Source: Octopus sinensis (taxonomy: Eukaryota). From it: a DNA stretch of 64,000 bases. The stretch covers positions 35,526,001 through 35,590,000 of the forward strand of contig NC_043003.1 of the NCBI RefSeq assembly GCF_006345805.1. Direction: 5' to 3'. Within the stretch, counting starts at the first letter, position 1, and each line of letters starts with the position of its first letter. The notes below the pieces were generated by a model. That model was not told the origin of the DNA. It saw only the letters and a program-made list of their open reading frames with translations, and searched no databases. Shown piece by piece: positions 39,685-52,561 of this stretch. Position numbers and translations under genes: made by a program.

Positions 39685-41119
39685 GCGGGAATAATGCTGA
39701 CTTATATCCCCTGATATCGCTCTTCAAGGCCGGAGTTGGCTATAATCATTTGCTGGCCCTTATCAAAATAAAATGCTATTACTGATTATGTATTTTGAAA
39801 ATTGTTGTAGCTTACCATCTAGATGTCCTTGATTGCACTGAAACATCATACGTTGGTTTTCACATCCACCTTCGACAATTCATCTTCCCCGATGTGTCTC
39901 AATTGCAAGTTCTACACTAAATACTTAACCCACTTATTTCTCCCCCAAAACTCCAGACATCTGGTATTACTTCATGAAGTCAATTATCTATAATTTGTTC
40001 CAGATGAACAATAACGAATCATACTTACCAATCTGTAACAGATTCATTCTCGAAATGAAATTTTAACTAACTCTCATCCTCTGATTAAGAAAGAAACGTC
40101 AGTGTCGTCAGCATATATGCAGACGATAAATGATAATATATAAGTACTATCTGCATTTTTGAACTCCTCCGGCTGTACAAAATAAAATTATTACTGTGAA
40201 TATAATCTGATGAACCTATTGCAATACATCAACAAAACCGGCGTGCGACAAAGCGAAATATATGCAGTAACATTAAAAACTCTGAATATATCTCGATTAA
40301 AACATTCGTTGTGCGCCATTAAACTATTTAATCCGATGGTGTTTTAAAAGCATAACACCGGTTATCTGTGTGATTAATATATACTTTGAAATACTAACAG
40401 AAAGAAATTATTTTGAGTCTCTTTTTAGATTGACGCCTCTACAAGTTGTTTCAATTCCTTCTCTATCTGTAGGCAACTTTATAAATTTAAATTTTTATAA
40501 CACTTTATATGGTTTGTATGTATATAACTATGTGTGTATATATGATTCCAAATATGTATGTTCTATGATATAATATTCTATATGGTGTAAAATGTCTTGC
40601 TGAGAATATCTTACATTCTCAGATGATCAATAAATTAAGCACCCGTTTACAGTGGAATCAGTACGTTCCGCCAAAGGTGTGGAGATTCCTTAAGGTACTT
40701 TAATATTATTCCGTATAATTTGTTTCTCTTTTGGGAGTCCTATGTCACCAAACTGTTAAAACGTATATTGTTTCGATTCATTTCGAATTAGACGAACCAG
40801 CGTTCGAAGACAAATAATCATTTAGAAAGGAAAGAAAAGAAGCCAAATATTCTTATATCACATTATCCAATGTTCCATCGGACACGAAAGATACACGTAC
40901 GACACAAACCTATAATGCTCGATACAATTATAGAAGGTGAAGAAAACCGTGTATAAATAAAATGAACAAAATTCACTTTTTTAATTTTTTTTTTAATTTC
41001 AGGATGCTACTACTCTAATTGATGATTGGGAAAGATAAATGTATGTATTAGAAGGCAGCAAATATTTAACCACTCTTCTTTTCCCTCTTCCGTTTCCTCT
41101 TTACACACATCAACACACA

Positions 41120-41157
41120 CACTCACTCACACATACACACACACACGAATATATATG

Positions 41158-41240
<83 letters not shown>

Positions 41241-41338
41241 AACTGCGTGTCTACATACGATGTATGTACATACACATGTACACGTATATACCTAAATGTA
41301 TGCATATATGTATGTTTATATATGCATGTATGTATAAA

Positions 41339-41382
<44 letters not shown>

Positions 41383-41760
41383 CATAAATATTAATATATA
41401 TAGATGATATAAAGGTATATGTCCATATATATATGTGAGTGTGTGTGTGTGTATGATTAAGTGTGTGTGACTGTACACACACTCACACACACACACACAC
41501 TCACACACACACACATATATACACAAATGTATGTATGCATATAATTACATATAGATGTAGGTATATGTCTACGTTTGTGTATTTGCGAGTGTTGGATCGC
41601 GCATTCGCGTTTGTGTGTTTTGTGTGTGTGTATGTGTGTGTGTGTGCATCTGTATGTGTATATTTATGCATACAAGACACATGCATATACTGTACATAGA
41701 ACGGATACAATCCAGTGATTGAAACAAGTATAAGAACAAAAATGTCGAACACGCACAGAC

Positions 41761-41793
<33 letters not shown>

Positions 41794-42718
41794 ACACACA
41801 CACACACACACATACAAGCAAACAAACAAATACACTCAGACGCACACATACACAAGCAAACGCGCACACTCAAACGCACACACACACAAACGCATACACA
41901 CTCAAGCAGGCACACACAAACATGCACATAGTGAGAGAGCGTGAGAAAGATAAAGTACGACAGACTCAGAGATAGAGATAGAGAGAGAGATATATAAGTA
42001 TGCACACACACACACACACATATACATACACTGCGTTCAGAAACCAACTCAATGACATTTACACTAATGTTCACACATACACACACATACACGCACACGC
42101 ATACACACACGCATATGCACACACATGCTCCCACATAGATACACAGGCCAGTGCGCGTACACATTAACACACGCATTCTTATATTCGAATACAACCTTCT
42201 ATAATTAAACAACTGAATTTACGAAACGCTAATACAACTTACTTTTTCATGGGAATGTTACATTTATCTAAATTTCTATTTTATTCTATCTTATTTTAGG
42301 ATTGCTTCTTTTCTTTGTCTTCATTTATATGTGTGTGTATATATTTACATATATACACACAGATACATACACACATATGTGCTCATAAGTGTGCATCTCT
42401 CTCTCTCTCTCTCTCTCTCTCAGTATATATATATATATGTGTGTATATATATATATATGTGTATATGTATATATATATATATATATATAAATGTATATAT
42501 GTATATATATATGTACATATATACATATATACACACACATATATATACACATATATATACACATATGCCTATATATACATATATATATACATATATATAT
42601 GTATATATATATATGTATATATATATACATATATAGATATATACATATATATATATATGCACATATATACATATATAACATATACTATATATGCATATGT
42701 ATATATAGTTTTTTCTTC

Positions 42719-42797
<79 letters not shown>

Positions 42798-42823
42798 TAT
42801 ATATTAATATATATATTACATTC

Positions 42824-42855
<32 letters not shown>

Positions 42856-42932
42856 ATATATATATATACATATAATATATATACATATATATATATACAT
42901 ATTATAATATATATATACATATATATATATAC

Positions 42933-42987
<55 letters not shown>

Positions 42988-43106
42988 AATATATATATAC
43001 ACACATATATATGTATGTATATACGTAGATATATACATATGTATATGTGTGTGGAGGTGTGCGTGTGCGGGCGTGCATCTATATATATGAATATATATAT
43101 ATATAA

Positions 43107-43140
<34 letters not shown>

Positions 43141-43200
43141 AGGAGAGGCAGATAGAAAGAGAGATGGGCATACATACACAGACAAGCATCCATACACAGA
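41120..43200. repeat. Very long compound TA/CA/GA microsatellite field
   Basis: Direct reading; source of many YI/HT ORFs. Confidence 0.9.
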
Positions 43201-43499
43201 TATATTTCATTCCTTTCTCACTTCACTCGATTCCATACAATACCTATTTCTCCTGCTGTTATTTCTTTTATATTTAATCAGACACACTCCTTTAATTTAG
43301 TCTTAGAAATTTCCCACAATGCATTCGTTGTTTTTATTTACTGCAACTGTACTTATTTACATTACACATTTCCCCCCGTTGGTTTGTTGTTCTACGTCTT
43401 ATATACACTTTCTCCTTTCGTTCATACGGTAATATTCTTTTCCTTAATTTTACCTGGTAATTCCTTTATTGAGTTACCAATCTCATCATTACGAGGAAA

Positions 43500-43555
43500 A
43501 ATTATCATTATTATTATTATTACTATTATTATTATTATTTTTTTTTTATTATTAA

Positions 43556-43590
<35 letters not shown>

Positions 43591-43607
43591 TTTTTTTTTT
43601 ATTATTA

Positions 43608-43638
<31 letters not shown>

Positions 43639-43705
43639 CATCAACATCATCATCATCACCCTGGTTGTTGTTGTTACTATTGTTGTTATTATTATTATTA
43701 TTAGC
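43500..43705. repeat. (ATT)n/(ATC)n/(GTT)n trinucleotide tract
   Basis: Direct reading. Confidence 0.9.
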
Positions 43706-44905
43706 ATGCGTTGTGACGGTAGTGGTGATGGGCGTGGAGATGGTGTTACTGCTATGTTTCCAGGGGTTTTATTTTCTTTCATTTTGCTGAAAAATTCTAC
43801 CCATTACATATATTTAAAAAAAAAACAATAACAATAATGATAACGATGTTATATTAACAACAACAACAGCAAAATGCACGCACACAGACATATATATGGC
43901 TACCTACACACGTATACAGTCATCTATACTCACACACACACCCAGAAATATATATATATATATATATATATATATCTTATTATAATATATATATATATAT
44001 ATTATATATATATATATATACATATACTATATATTTACATACATGTATGTATATATAAGCGCGTTTGTGTATGTGTATAAGTTTTTAATATAATATGTAA
44101 ATGTGTGTGCATGTTTGTGTGTGCGTGAGTGCTTCTGTGCGCGCATACTGTACTGAATGGCGTATAGAATAAAATTTCATCTTTTGAAGCCTCCTTACTA
44201 TTGGGAAATTGAAAGCCAAAAGAGCTACCGGCAATCTTTAGCGACTCCCAAAGAGAGAATGGAAATAATTTAAAGGAATCTAAAATAAATATTTCTGGTT
44301 AATTTCCATGTTCCGTGAAGTCCACTCAGATCACAATTACAGCCACCGGATATTAAGTCATACGTTTCGGTCAATTTGACATTATCAGCTTAGTACATTT
44401 TCAGTTTGTTAACAGATAGGTAATTACACTTTAACTGAATGAAGCTCATTTTTGACCATGGGTTGTTAACATAATTTAAAACAAATGGAGTTAAGATTAT
44501 ATAACACTTGGAAGTCAGCAGTATGAAAAGGTATAACTTAGTTAAAAGTTGGTGTACTTAAAGCAGTACAAAATATATTAATTTTCAAAATTTTCACACC
44601 GTGTGGTAAAAAGAAATTAAAAACCTTTCAGAGGTGTTTAACGACTCTGTAGAAAGAAGGGAAATTATTCCAAAGGATTGAGAATGTCTTTTCAAGTTAA
44701 TTTTATGCTACCGAATGAGTAGTCTCATTCTCCCGGAAGCGGAAACACAGGCGTGTACACATATATATGCCTGTAAGTTGAGAGAGAGAGAAAGAGAGAG
44801 AGATATATATGACATCACTATAGGTACCGTTTCAAAGTACCTGCAAGTCATTACATACACACACACACATACCCTCAAAAACATATAGGCATACATACAT
44901 ACATG

Positions 44906-44972
<67 letters not shown>

Positions 44973-45010
44973 TATATATAAACATCATACAATGTCTACT
45001 CAGTTAGGAC

Positions 45011-45047
<37 letters not shown>

Positions 45048-45074
45048 CATCATACAATGTCTACTCAGTTAGGA

Positions 45075-46404
45075 ACTCAACGTATGGCTCACACTTCACC
45101 CTACGTGGATAACCCCCTCACCACTATCCACACCGGCCCTTGCCAGAGCACGGTCCGTGGACCGTGTATCTGCTCTCTCCCCGAACCCGCCCTGTAGTCT
45201 CCCGCCTCCCTTTTCCCCTCACTTACCACCCCACGACCCTACGTCTCCAACGCACCATTCTTCGAGCTTTCCGTCATCTCCAGTCCGACCCGTCCACTTC
45301 ACACTCTTCCCTAACCGACCCCCTCCCCTCTTTCAACGAGCCCACAACCTTCGAGACCTTTTGGTACATAGCTCCTTCCCTGACCCTACCTCCCAACCCG
45401 GCTCGTTCCCCTGCTCCCGCCCACGTTGCCGCACTTGCCCTTAACCTCTCCCAACACCACCCGCCTCACTAGCACACCCCCCATCGACCCTATCCCATCT
45501 CCACTCCTTCACCTGCACCTCCAGCAATATTATCTATTGCATCTCTTGCTCTCTCTGCAATTCCTTGTACATCGGACAAACGGGACGCCGCTTGGCTGAC
45601 CGGTTCGCGGAACCCTTCGTGACATCCACCTTGCGAACGACCACACCGGTCTCACGCCATTTCCGCTCCACCGTCACTCCTTGCAAACACCTATCTGTGT
45701 TCGGTTTGTCCTTACCAGAGGCCATCCGGATTCCCGTTTGCGCCGTGAACAGGAATTAATCTTCTCTCTTCGCTCTTATACGCCATTTGGTCTCACACTC
45801 CCCCCCCCCTCCTCATCTAACCCCCCTCTCCCACCTCCTCACCTATCCTTTCTCCCCCTACCCCTACCTCTTCAGTCTTCATCCTTTCCCACCACCTACT
45901 CGCCTTCCCTTCTTCCCTCTTTCTTCCTCCCTCTTCCCCTTCCTCTGCTCCCTCACTCCCTCTCTCCCCCTCTCCCTCTTTCCTCCTTCATCCCCCTCCT
46001 CCCCTTCCTTCTCCCCTTCCTCTCCTCTTCCCCCTTCTCATCCCCCTCTTCTCCCCTCCCCCTTCTCTCCCCTCCCCCTCTTCCCCTCCCCCCCTCTTCT
46101 CCTCCCCCCCTCCCCCTCTTCTCCTCACTACAACCACATGACTTTACACATCACATCACATATGATGTGCCATACTAATACACACACCAACTATACATAC
46201 TAATACGTACTAATACATACTAGTACATACTAATACTTACAACCAACCCTATACATACACACGTCCAGACCCCGCATACGCACTTATACTCTCTCACACA
46301 CACACACACATACCTATACATACCAATACGTACTAATAATACTATAAACATACCCACCCCATACATACGCATGTCCAGACCAATCTTACGCACTAATACT
46401 CTCT

Positions 46405-46439
<35 letters not shown>

Positions 46440-46720
46440 ATACATACTAATACATACACCAACCCTATACATACACACTCCAGACCCCTCCCACGCACTT
46501 TTACCTGGTCCCTCAACCCATTTATCAACCTATTATCTCCCCTTATTTCGCTCTCGCATCTCATGTTTGATCTTTGACCTCTGGCCGAAAGCAGATCGCC
46601 ATGTTGATTCGTTAGCTACTGCACGCATTTTTTTCTCTCCTTCTTTCTGTGTTTTTCTCTCTCTGTGTATCTTTCTGTTGAAGAGCGTAGGCTCGAAACG
46701 TTAAAGACTTGTTTTATTTA
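45075..46720 (+). mobile_element. 5'-truncated Penelope-like element: RT thumb, Cys linker, GIY-YIG, pyrimidine-rich 3' UTR, terminal hammerhead motif
   Basis: LPFPLTYHP, FQRAHNLRDLLVHS..PCSRPRCRTCP, CTSSNIIYCISCSLCNSLYIGQTGRRLADRFAE, PVSRHF, RREQELIF; frameshifted. Confidence 0.9.
46670..46708 (+). ncRNA. Hammerhead-like motif with U6 core (CUGUUGA)
   Basis: ucuuu CUGUUGA a gagc-guag-gcuc GAAA cg UU aaaga. Confidence 0.55.
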
Positions 46721-46726
46721 TATTTC

Positions 46727-47054
46727 GCATGGCTCAGTGGTTAGAGCGTCGAGCTTACGATCGTGAGGTTGTGAGCTCGAATCCCGGACCGGGCTGCGTG
46801 TTGTGTTCTTGAGCAAGGCACTTTATTTCACGTTGCTCCAGTTCACTCAGCTGTAGAAATGAGTTGCGACGTCACAAGTACCAAGCTGTATCGACCTTTG
46901 TCTTTCCCTTGGATAACACTGGTGGCGTGGAGAGGGGAGGCTGGTATGCATGGGCGACTGCTGATCTTCCATAAACAACCTTGTCCGGACTTGTGTCTAG
47001 GAGGGTAACTTTCTAGGTGCAATCCCATGGTCATTCATGACCGAAGGGGGTCTT
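46727..47054 (+). mobile_element. Apparently full-length tRNA-derived CORE-like SINE
   Basis: A-box tggctcagtgg, B-box-like gagctcgaatccc, CORE-like gtgttcttgagcaaggcacttt; interrupts the PLE tail. Confidence 0.88.
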
Positions 47055-47889
47055 TTATATATATATGACGTCCTAACTGAGTAGACATTGTATGATGTTT
47101 CTAATGCAGTACGTAACACGAGATTTACGCTAGGTACACTGTCGGATTCAAGACTAGTTGGTGCATGAATGATTTTTTCCAAGACTCCTGCAAGGCTAAC
47201 GAAAGAATCACTGATGACCATGAAGATGGAAATATATGTGTGACTGTATGCACTGAACAGCCTGTTGAAAGGTAGCTGTTCAATCTGAAGTAAGAAAACA
47301 CCTTAGAATCTTGGATCAATTGCATTCGAATTCTTCCTCCACTCTTGGCTTTTCAACTCACTACTCCTGGCAAAAGTACTTGCATTCTTTTGAAAACCTG
47401 ATCAACTACCCTTAAACCCATAAGTGAAAATGGAATGTTTTATAAATATCGCAACAGGAATCTATTGCTGCTTCTAATGCTTTTAGAAATAAACCTATTG
47501 TCATTGTTTTGGAAAAGTATGCACTCATCCATTCAAATTCAGTATTTGTTTTGGAAAAATATTTGAAAAAGCGAAAAAACCACTGAATTTAATCTCTACG
47601 TTTTCAATGATATCGGAACGGATTTGGGCCAAAATGGTACGTACTTAACATCTGAATGCGAAACAACATTTCCTCGAACTCAAAGTCTTTGCATCAATGG
47701 TCTTTTTGTGTATTATCTATTTCACTGAACGATTGCAACAAAATCCAGATATTAGCGATAATAGAATTACACTTGTGCAATGAGCAAAGTTAGAGTAAAT
47801 AAAACACAATATATCAGGCCAAGAGATATGGCAGTCAGTCAAATCTTTATTCTTTCAAAAAAGAAAGAAAGAAAGACAAAATAAAAGGA

Positions 47890-48700
47890 AGAAAGAAAAC
47901 ATCAGCTAATGCATTGGCAGTACCAAAAGTGATACCAACATGGTATGAATAATAGCGTTTCTCAGCAAAAACGTGGAAGCAAAACACTTCGCATACCTTA
48001 AAAAAATATGTAAACACGAAGAGGGCCACAATACTACCACATGTAATCAATAGTTGCCTGAAAATGTCATTAAGCTATTATCTTACCAGCAACATGATGT
48101 TCTTAAATCAAAACACAACGTGTTCCACAGAAAAAAGCCTGCCGTGTGATATGAACAACAGCTCTGCTACATTATGAATATTCCTCGATATTGCGCCCCT
48201 GATGTTGGTTACACATATTAATGACTTAAGTGCCAACTTCAAGAATGTCAGTGTTGAAATATGAAGATGAACAGCTGTACTTTGAGATAGAAATAACAGA
48301 TCCTATACGCTGTAGATCTTTCCTACAATCGGACTTGGAGACAAAACGGCAATAGATTACTGACTGGCAACTGAAGCTAGCTGTGAACAGGTGAACTGTC
48401 ATGCATTTTCGGAAGAACATCCCAGCTGTTACAAACTCCCTTAACAACACTAATCCTAAGAGGTCTGCTAGTGAACGTGCCCTGAATATTATTGTCTACA
48501 GTGATTTGAGGTGAACAAACTACCGCTCTAAGATTACCAAGAATTTTCAGGCTGTCTAAATCATATCTTAGTCAGACGCTCTCCACGTTTTGAATTCTAA
48601 AGGGCTAATACATTTGGACATGATTAAAAACTCAAAAGCAACACTACTCACATGACTTTTGGGAACAATTTTTCTCACTTAAAATTGATGAAGCGTGGAA
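47890..48700 (+). pseudogene. Decayed CR1/L2-like LINE reverse transcriptase
   Basis: APLMLVTHINDL (frameshift) LKYEDE..LQSDLE..*ITDWQLKLAVNR*TVMHF follows the CR1 RT motif order. Confidence 0.65.
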
Positions 48701-49778
48701 TGACCTATCTGCACCAGTGGTTGGCTATCAGGAAACTGCATATTTCAAACCCTACTTGCTTTCTACTATTTGCCAACTCTATGTCTGATGACCCCTTCCC
48801 ACATTTTAACGACTTAGTCTCTTCTCTTTCATATATAGTGTTCAGGTGCTTTTAGCTACTTTTTCTGAGAAGCTCTAATGCACCCGAGCACTGTATACAA
48901 CAAGTCCCATTGTCATTATATTATAACTGGTTTATATAGATATTAGGTATTGAAAACAAATCATGTATAGTTACAGATGATAGCTTCCTGTACATATGCA
49001 CATCCTTCCAAAATCAACACGGAGAATATTTCTTACGAACTATTTCGAAGGCTGCACCTCTTGTACGCTGATTATGCATTCACATGGCCCGATAATCATT
49101 GCTGCGATTGGTAATGTTAACAAATGTCAAAATGACTATTGGGAGGACTAGGATATATGGGTAAGGAAAGTGACTAGCTAAACCTTACATACTTGAAGCA
49201 CAGAGTTTATGAGTAGACACATATGTGTGTGAGAGTGTGTGTGTGTTGTGTGTGTGTGGTGTGTGTGTGTGTGCATGCATGTGAGTGCATGAATATATAT
49301 TTGAATGGATGAGTGCATGCTTTATACATATATGGATTTTCGTCATTCCTTCTTTTTAACGTTAACCAATGAACCCAAATTGAAAACATAGTCACACTAA
49401 TGTATACTATCGAAATTTGTGACTTGAAATTTATTTGTAACTCGCTGTTTGAAACACACTGATACGCTCAAGCACGAACATAATGAAACAAACATGGTTA
49501 CTTACATCAGTTTTTATTACGTTTGAGCTCGAATGCTGTATATAATGCTATATGCGTGCCTCGAGAGCCAGAGAAACTAAATATAATATTATATTCAGCT
49601 TCGAAAACATACCTAAACAGTATTCGCATACACTTGCATAAATATATGTGCGTGTGAAAGAGGGAGCCTGCACACAGTATCCAGGATATACTCTGCATGT
49701 TCCTGTTCGTTTTTGCTACAAAAATTGTATTGTCTAACAAGTTGTTTATTTGAAATATATGCCCACACACACACATCC

Positions 49779-49812
<34 letters not shown>

Positions 49813-50063
49813 AGATATATATATATATATATATATATACTTGTGTCTGTGTCTGTGCATGTGTGTGTGTGCGAGTGTGTGTATGTGAGTGTTTGAATGT
49901 GTACACAGTTATATAAACCATGTTCTGACACTTTCATGTTTATTTCTTTCGCGATAAAATTAATCAATCGAAGATATTTCAGTCGACTTCAAGGTAAATA
50001 AGAAACAGAATTATAGAAATATGAGACGAGAAAACATTACATGTGTGTGTGTGTGTGTGTGGT

Positions 50064-50113
<50 letters not shown>

Positions 50114-50229
50114 TCTGTGTGTGAGTGTGTAATTTACATGCAGACGCATATACATATACATATATATTATACACATAACTATCTATCTATCTGTCTATCT
50201 ATTTATCTACACACACACACACACACATG

Positions 50230-50290
<61 letters not shown>

Positions 50291-50741
50291 GATAAATATA
50301 TAGAAATTGCTCGGGTTCAGAGACAGAAACATGGAAACTCTGCGTCACCGTCAAAATATTTTTGGTATCTGAAAAACAGCAGTAGCTAGGAACATACTAC
50401 CAATTGCATATTGAAGTACGAGAGAAATCTTGCCCCGGATGTATTTCAAGATGCAACATGTGTATCAGAAATATTAAACACCTGAACAACAACCGACATC
50501 TTTAACTCGAGAGTATAATCAGTCACCCCTTGCATGCATACGAGAAGGTATAAACTGCAATAATCCCAGTAGATGAATTCCTATATCTTATAACACAGAT
50601 TTCTAACCGGAGTTGCTCCTCTCACAAGGTAAGATAGCTAAACGCGTCATTAGTGTCATCACCAAGACGATCATCATCATCATCAGCAGCAGCAGCAGCA
50701 GTAGCAGCAGTGAATGTCACTATTAGATTTCTACTACCTTG

Positions 50742-51237
50742 GTTATTATTATTATTATTGTTGTTGTTATTATTATTATTATTGTTGTTGTTGTTGTTGC
50801 TGTTGTTGTTGTTGTATTTTGACTTTTGCTTTACATTTGTACAAGTTGGCTCCAATTCTCATCCAGAGACCTCAAGAGGCAATAAGTTGAAAGTTCATGT
50901 TGGTGTTATGCCTAGGGTTTGTATATTTGGTTTTGTACATAGGGTTGTTCTAGTGAATGTTTAAGAAACCATAAGAAAATTACGTTTGTTTTTAAACTTG
51001 GGATTACATAGAAAGTATTTTGTGTAGAATGTGAGCAGTTCCCATGAGCACTATGTCTTGAATTTCTGCCATTTTGGGGTTTCCTGGTATCTGAGCTGTC
51101 ATCAAGGCACCTATGACAACAGGTACGTCTTCAGGTAAGTCTTCAGGTTCCATATTTTGCAAATTTCTATTTCAAGATCTTCATATTTGCTCAGTTTTTG
51201 GTAGGTCTTGACATCGATTGGGACGGTCATATTAATG
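50742..51237 (-). mobile_element. R4/Dong-type 3' fragment (REL end, 3' UTR, AAC/AAT tail)
   Basis: QKLSKYEDLEIEICKIWNLKT..VPVVIGAL..GTAHILHKILSM*, homologous to the C-terminus at 10860-11087. Confidence 0.82.
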
Positions 51238-51535
51238 GAATGTTCAACGAAACACGCATATTTCCGAATGTGAATTATTCAAATCCCAAAGAATTCCTCT
51301 CAACACACTTCTATAATACCCCCTCCACTACTTCTGCTCGTGATCAGAGATGCATATATCGTTAGCCACCAAGGGGCATACTCAACTGGTTACGGTCAAC
51401 TGATAAGAAAATATGTGGTACTGAACAAAATATTTGCTTTAGCACATGTTTTTATACCAATCTAAGCATGTACATGATAACACTTCCAATTATTTAAGAT
51501 CAGAAGCCATGAGAGCCAGTGCCTGGTACTGCATC
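51238..51535 (-). mobile_element. Partial second copy of the 8729-9226 element
   Basis: cactacttctgctcgtgatcagag...gatcagaagcc...cctggtactgcatc. Confidence 0.75.
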
Positions 51536-51539
51536 TATC

Positions 51540-51800
51540 ATTATTATTTTACTTTTAATCTGCATATTTCTTACAGTCAATTGCCGAAACACAGCCTGCG
51601 ACCTAGGGCGAGTGAATGATAAGAGATGTTACAGTTTGACTGAAAGCTTGAGGAGGGGACAGTAGCGAAATATCTTCATGTAATACAACGCGTACATTTA
51701 AATGTATAGGGTTTTTCTAAGGATGTGGGCAGTACTTGTCAGCAGAATCGTTCGGATTTCTTTGAGAGTAGTTAACGATGTAGATTTTAAAATATCTTTA
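51540..51800 (-). mobile_element. Third R4-type 3' end fragment
   Basis: KEIRTILLTSTAHILRKTLYI*. Confidence 0.55.
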
Positions 51801-52239
51801 ACATATGAATATAAACAAATTACAGAAGACTCCCACCAATTGAAATAAAAAGGATCGAAACCATTACAGGTAAACAGCAAGCTGATTGGTTAAAATAAAT
51901 ATGGGATCTATGCCACTAATATCGGTGCACCTGGCAAACCGTGACATTTAAGCTGCATGCGGAATGGTGAAAACCGTATTCGGAAAATTCAGCTTAGTGG
52001 AGCCTTCTAAGAGGTATAAAAAGGAAGAAGACAGTCCTTTTACTCAACTGTTAGTTAAATACCTTTTGAAAGTTGATGATTGCTACGAACGTATCGAAGC
52101 GCTAATAGAACTTTATGAACATCAGAAAATATTGTTTTTATATTTAACACACTCCAACATTGTAAAAAGATTTCATTTAAATACAACAGCAAAAAAAAGA
52201 AACGTGAAAACCAGACCATTGTTTAACTTTATTCAACTG

Positions 52240-52429
52240 AGAAATATATTCTATTTCTTTCAGTCATTTTACTGCGGCCATGCTGGAGCACCACCTTTAG
52301 CCGAGCAAATCAACCTCAAGACTTACTGTATCGCTGTCTTTTGCCGAACCGCTAAGTTACGGGGATGTAAAGACACCAGCATAGGTTGTCAAGCGATGTG
52401 GAGAGGTCAAACACAAACACACTAGCATG

Positions 52430-52468
<39 letters not shown>

Positions 52469-52545
52469 GTATACGACGGGCTTCTTTCAGTTTCCGTCTT
52501 CCAAATCCACTCACAAGGCTTTGATCGGCCCAAGGCTATATATTT
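52240..52545 (-). mobile_element. CORE-type SINE lacking its head, abutting the Tx1 element
   Basis: ttctttcagtcattttactgcggccatgctggagc and tatacgacgggcttctttcagtttccgtc...ggcccaaggctata. Confidence 0.8.
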
Positions 52546-52561
52546 ATATATTTATATATAT

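Noticed and set aside
46727-46800. tRNA-like sequence
   Set aside because: It has A and B boxes but no acceptor stem and continues into a SINE body; no true tRNA, rRNA or CRISPR array was found in the window.
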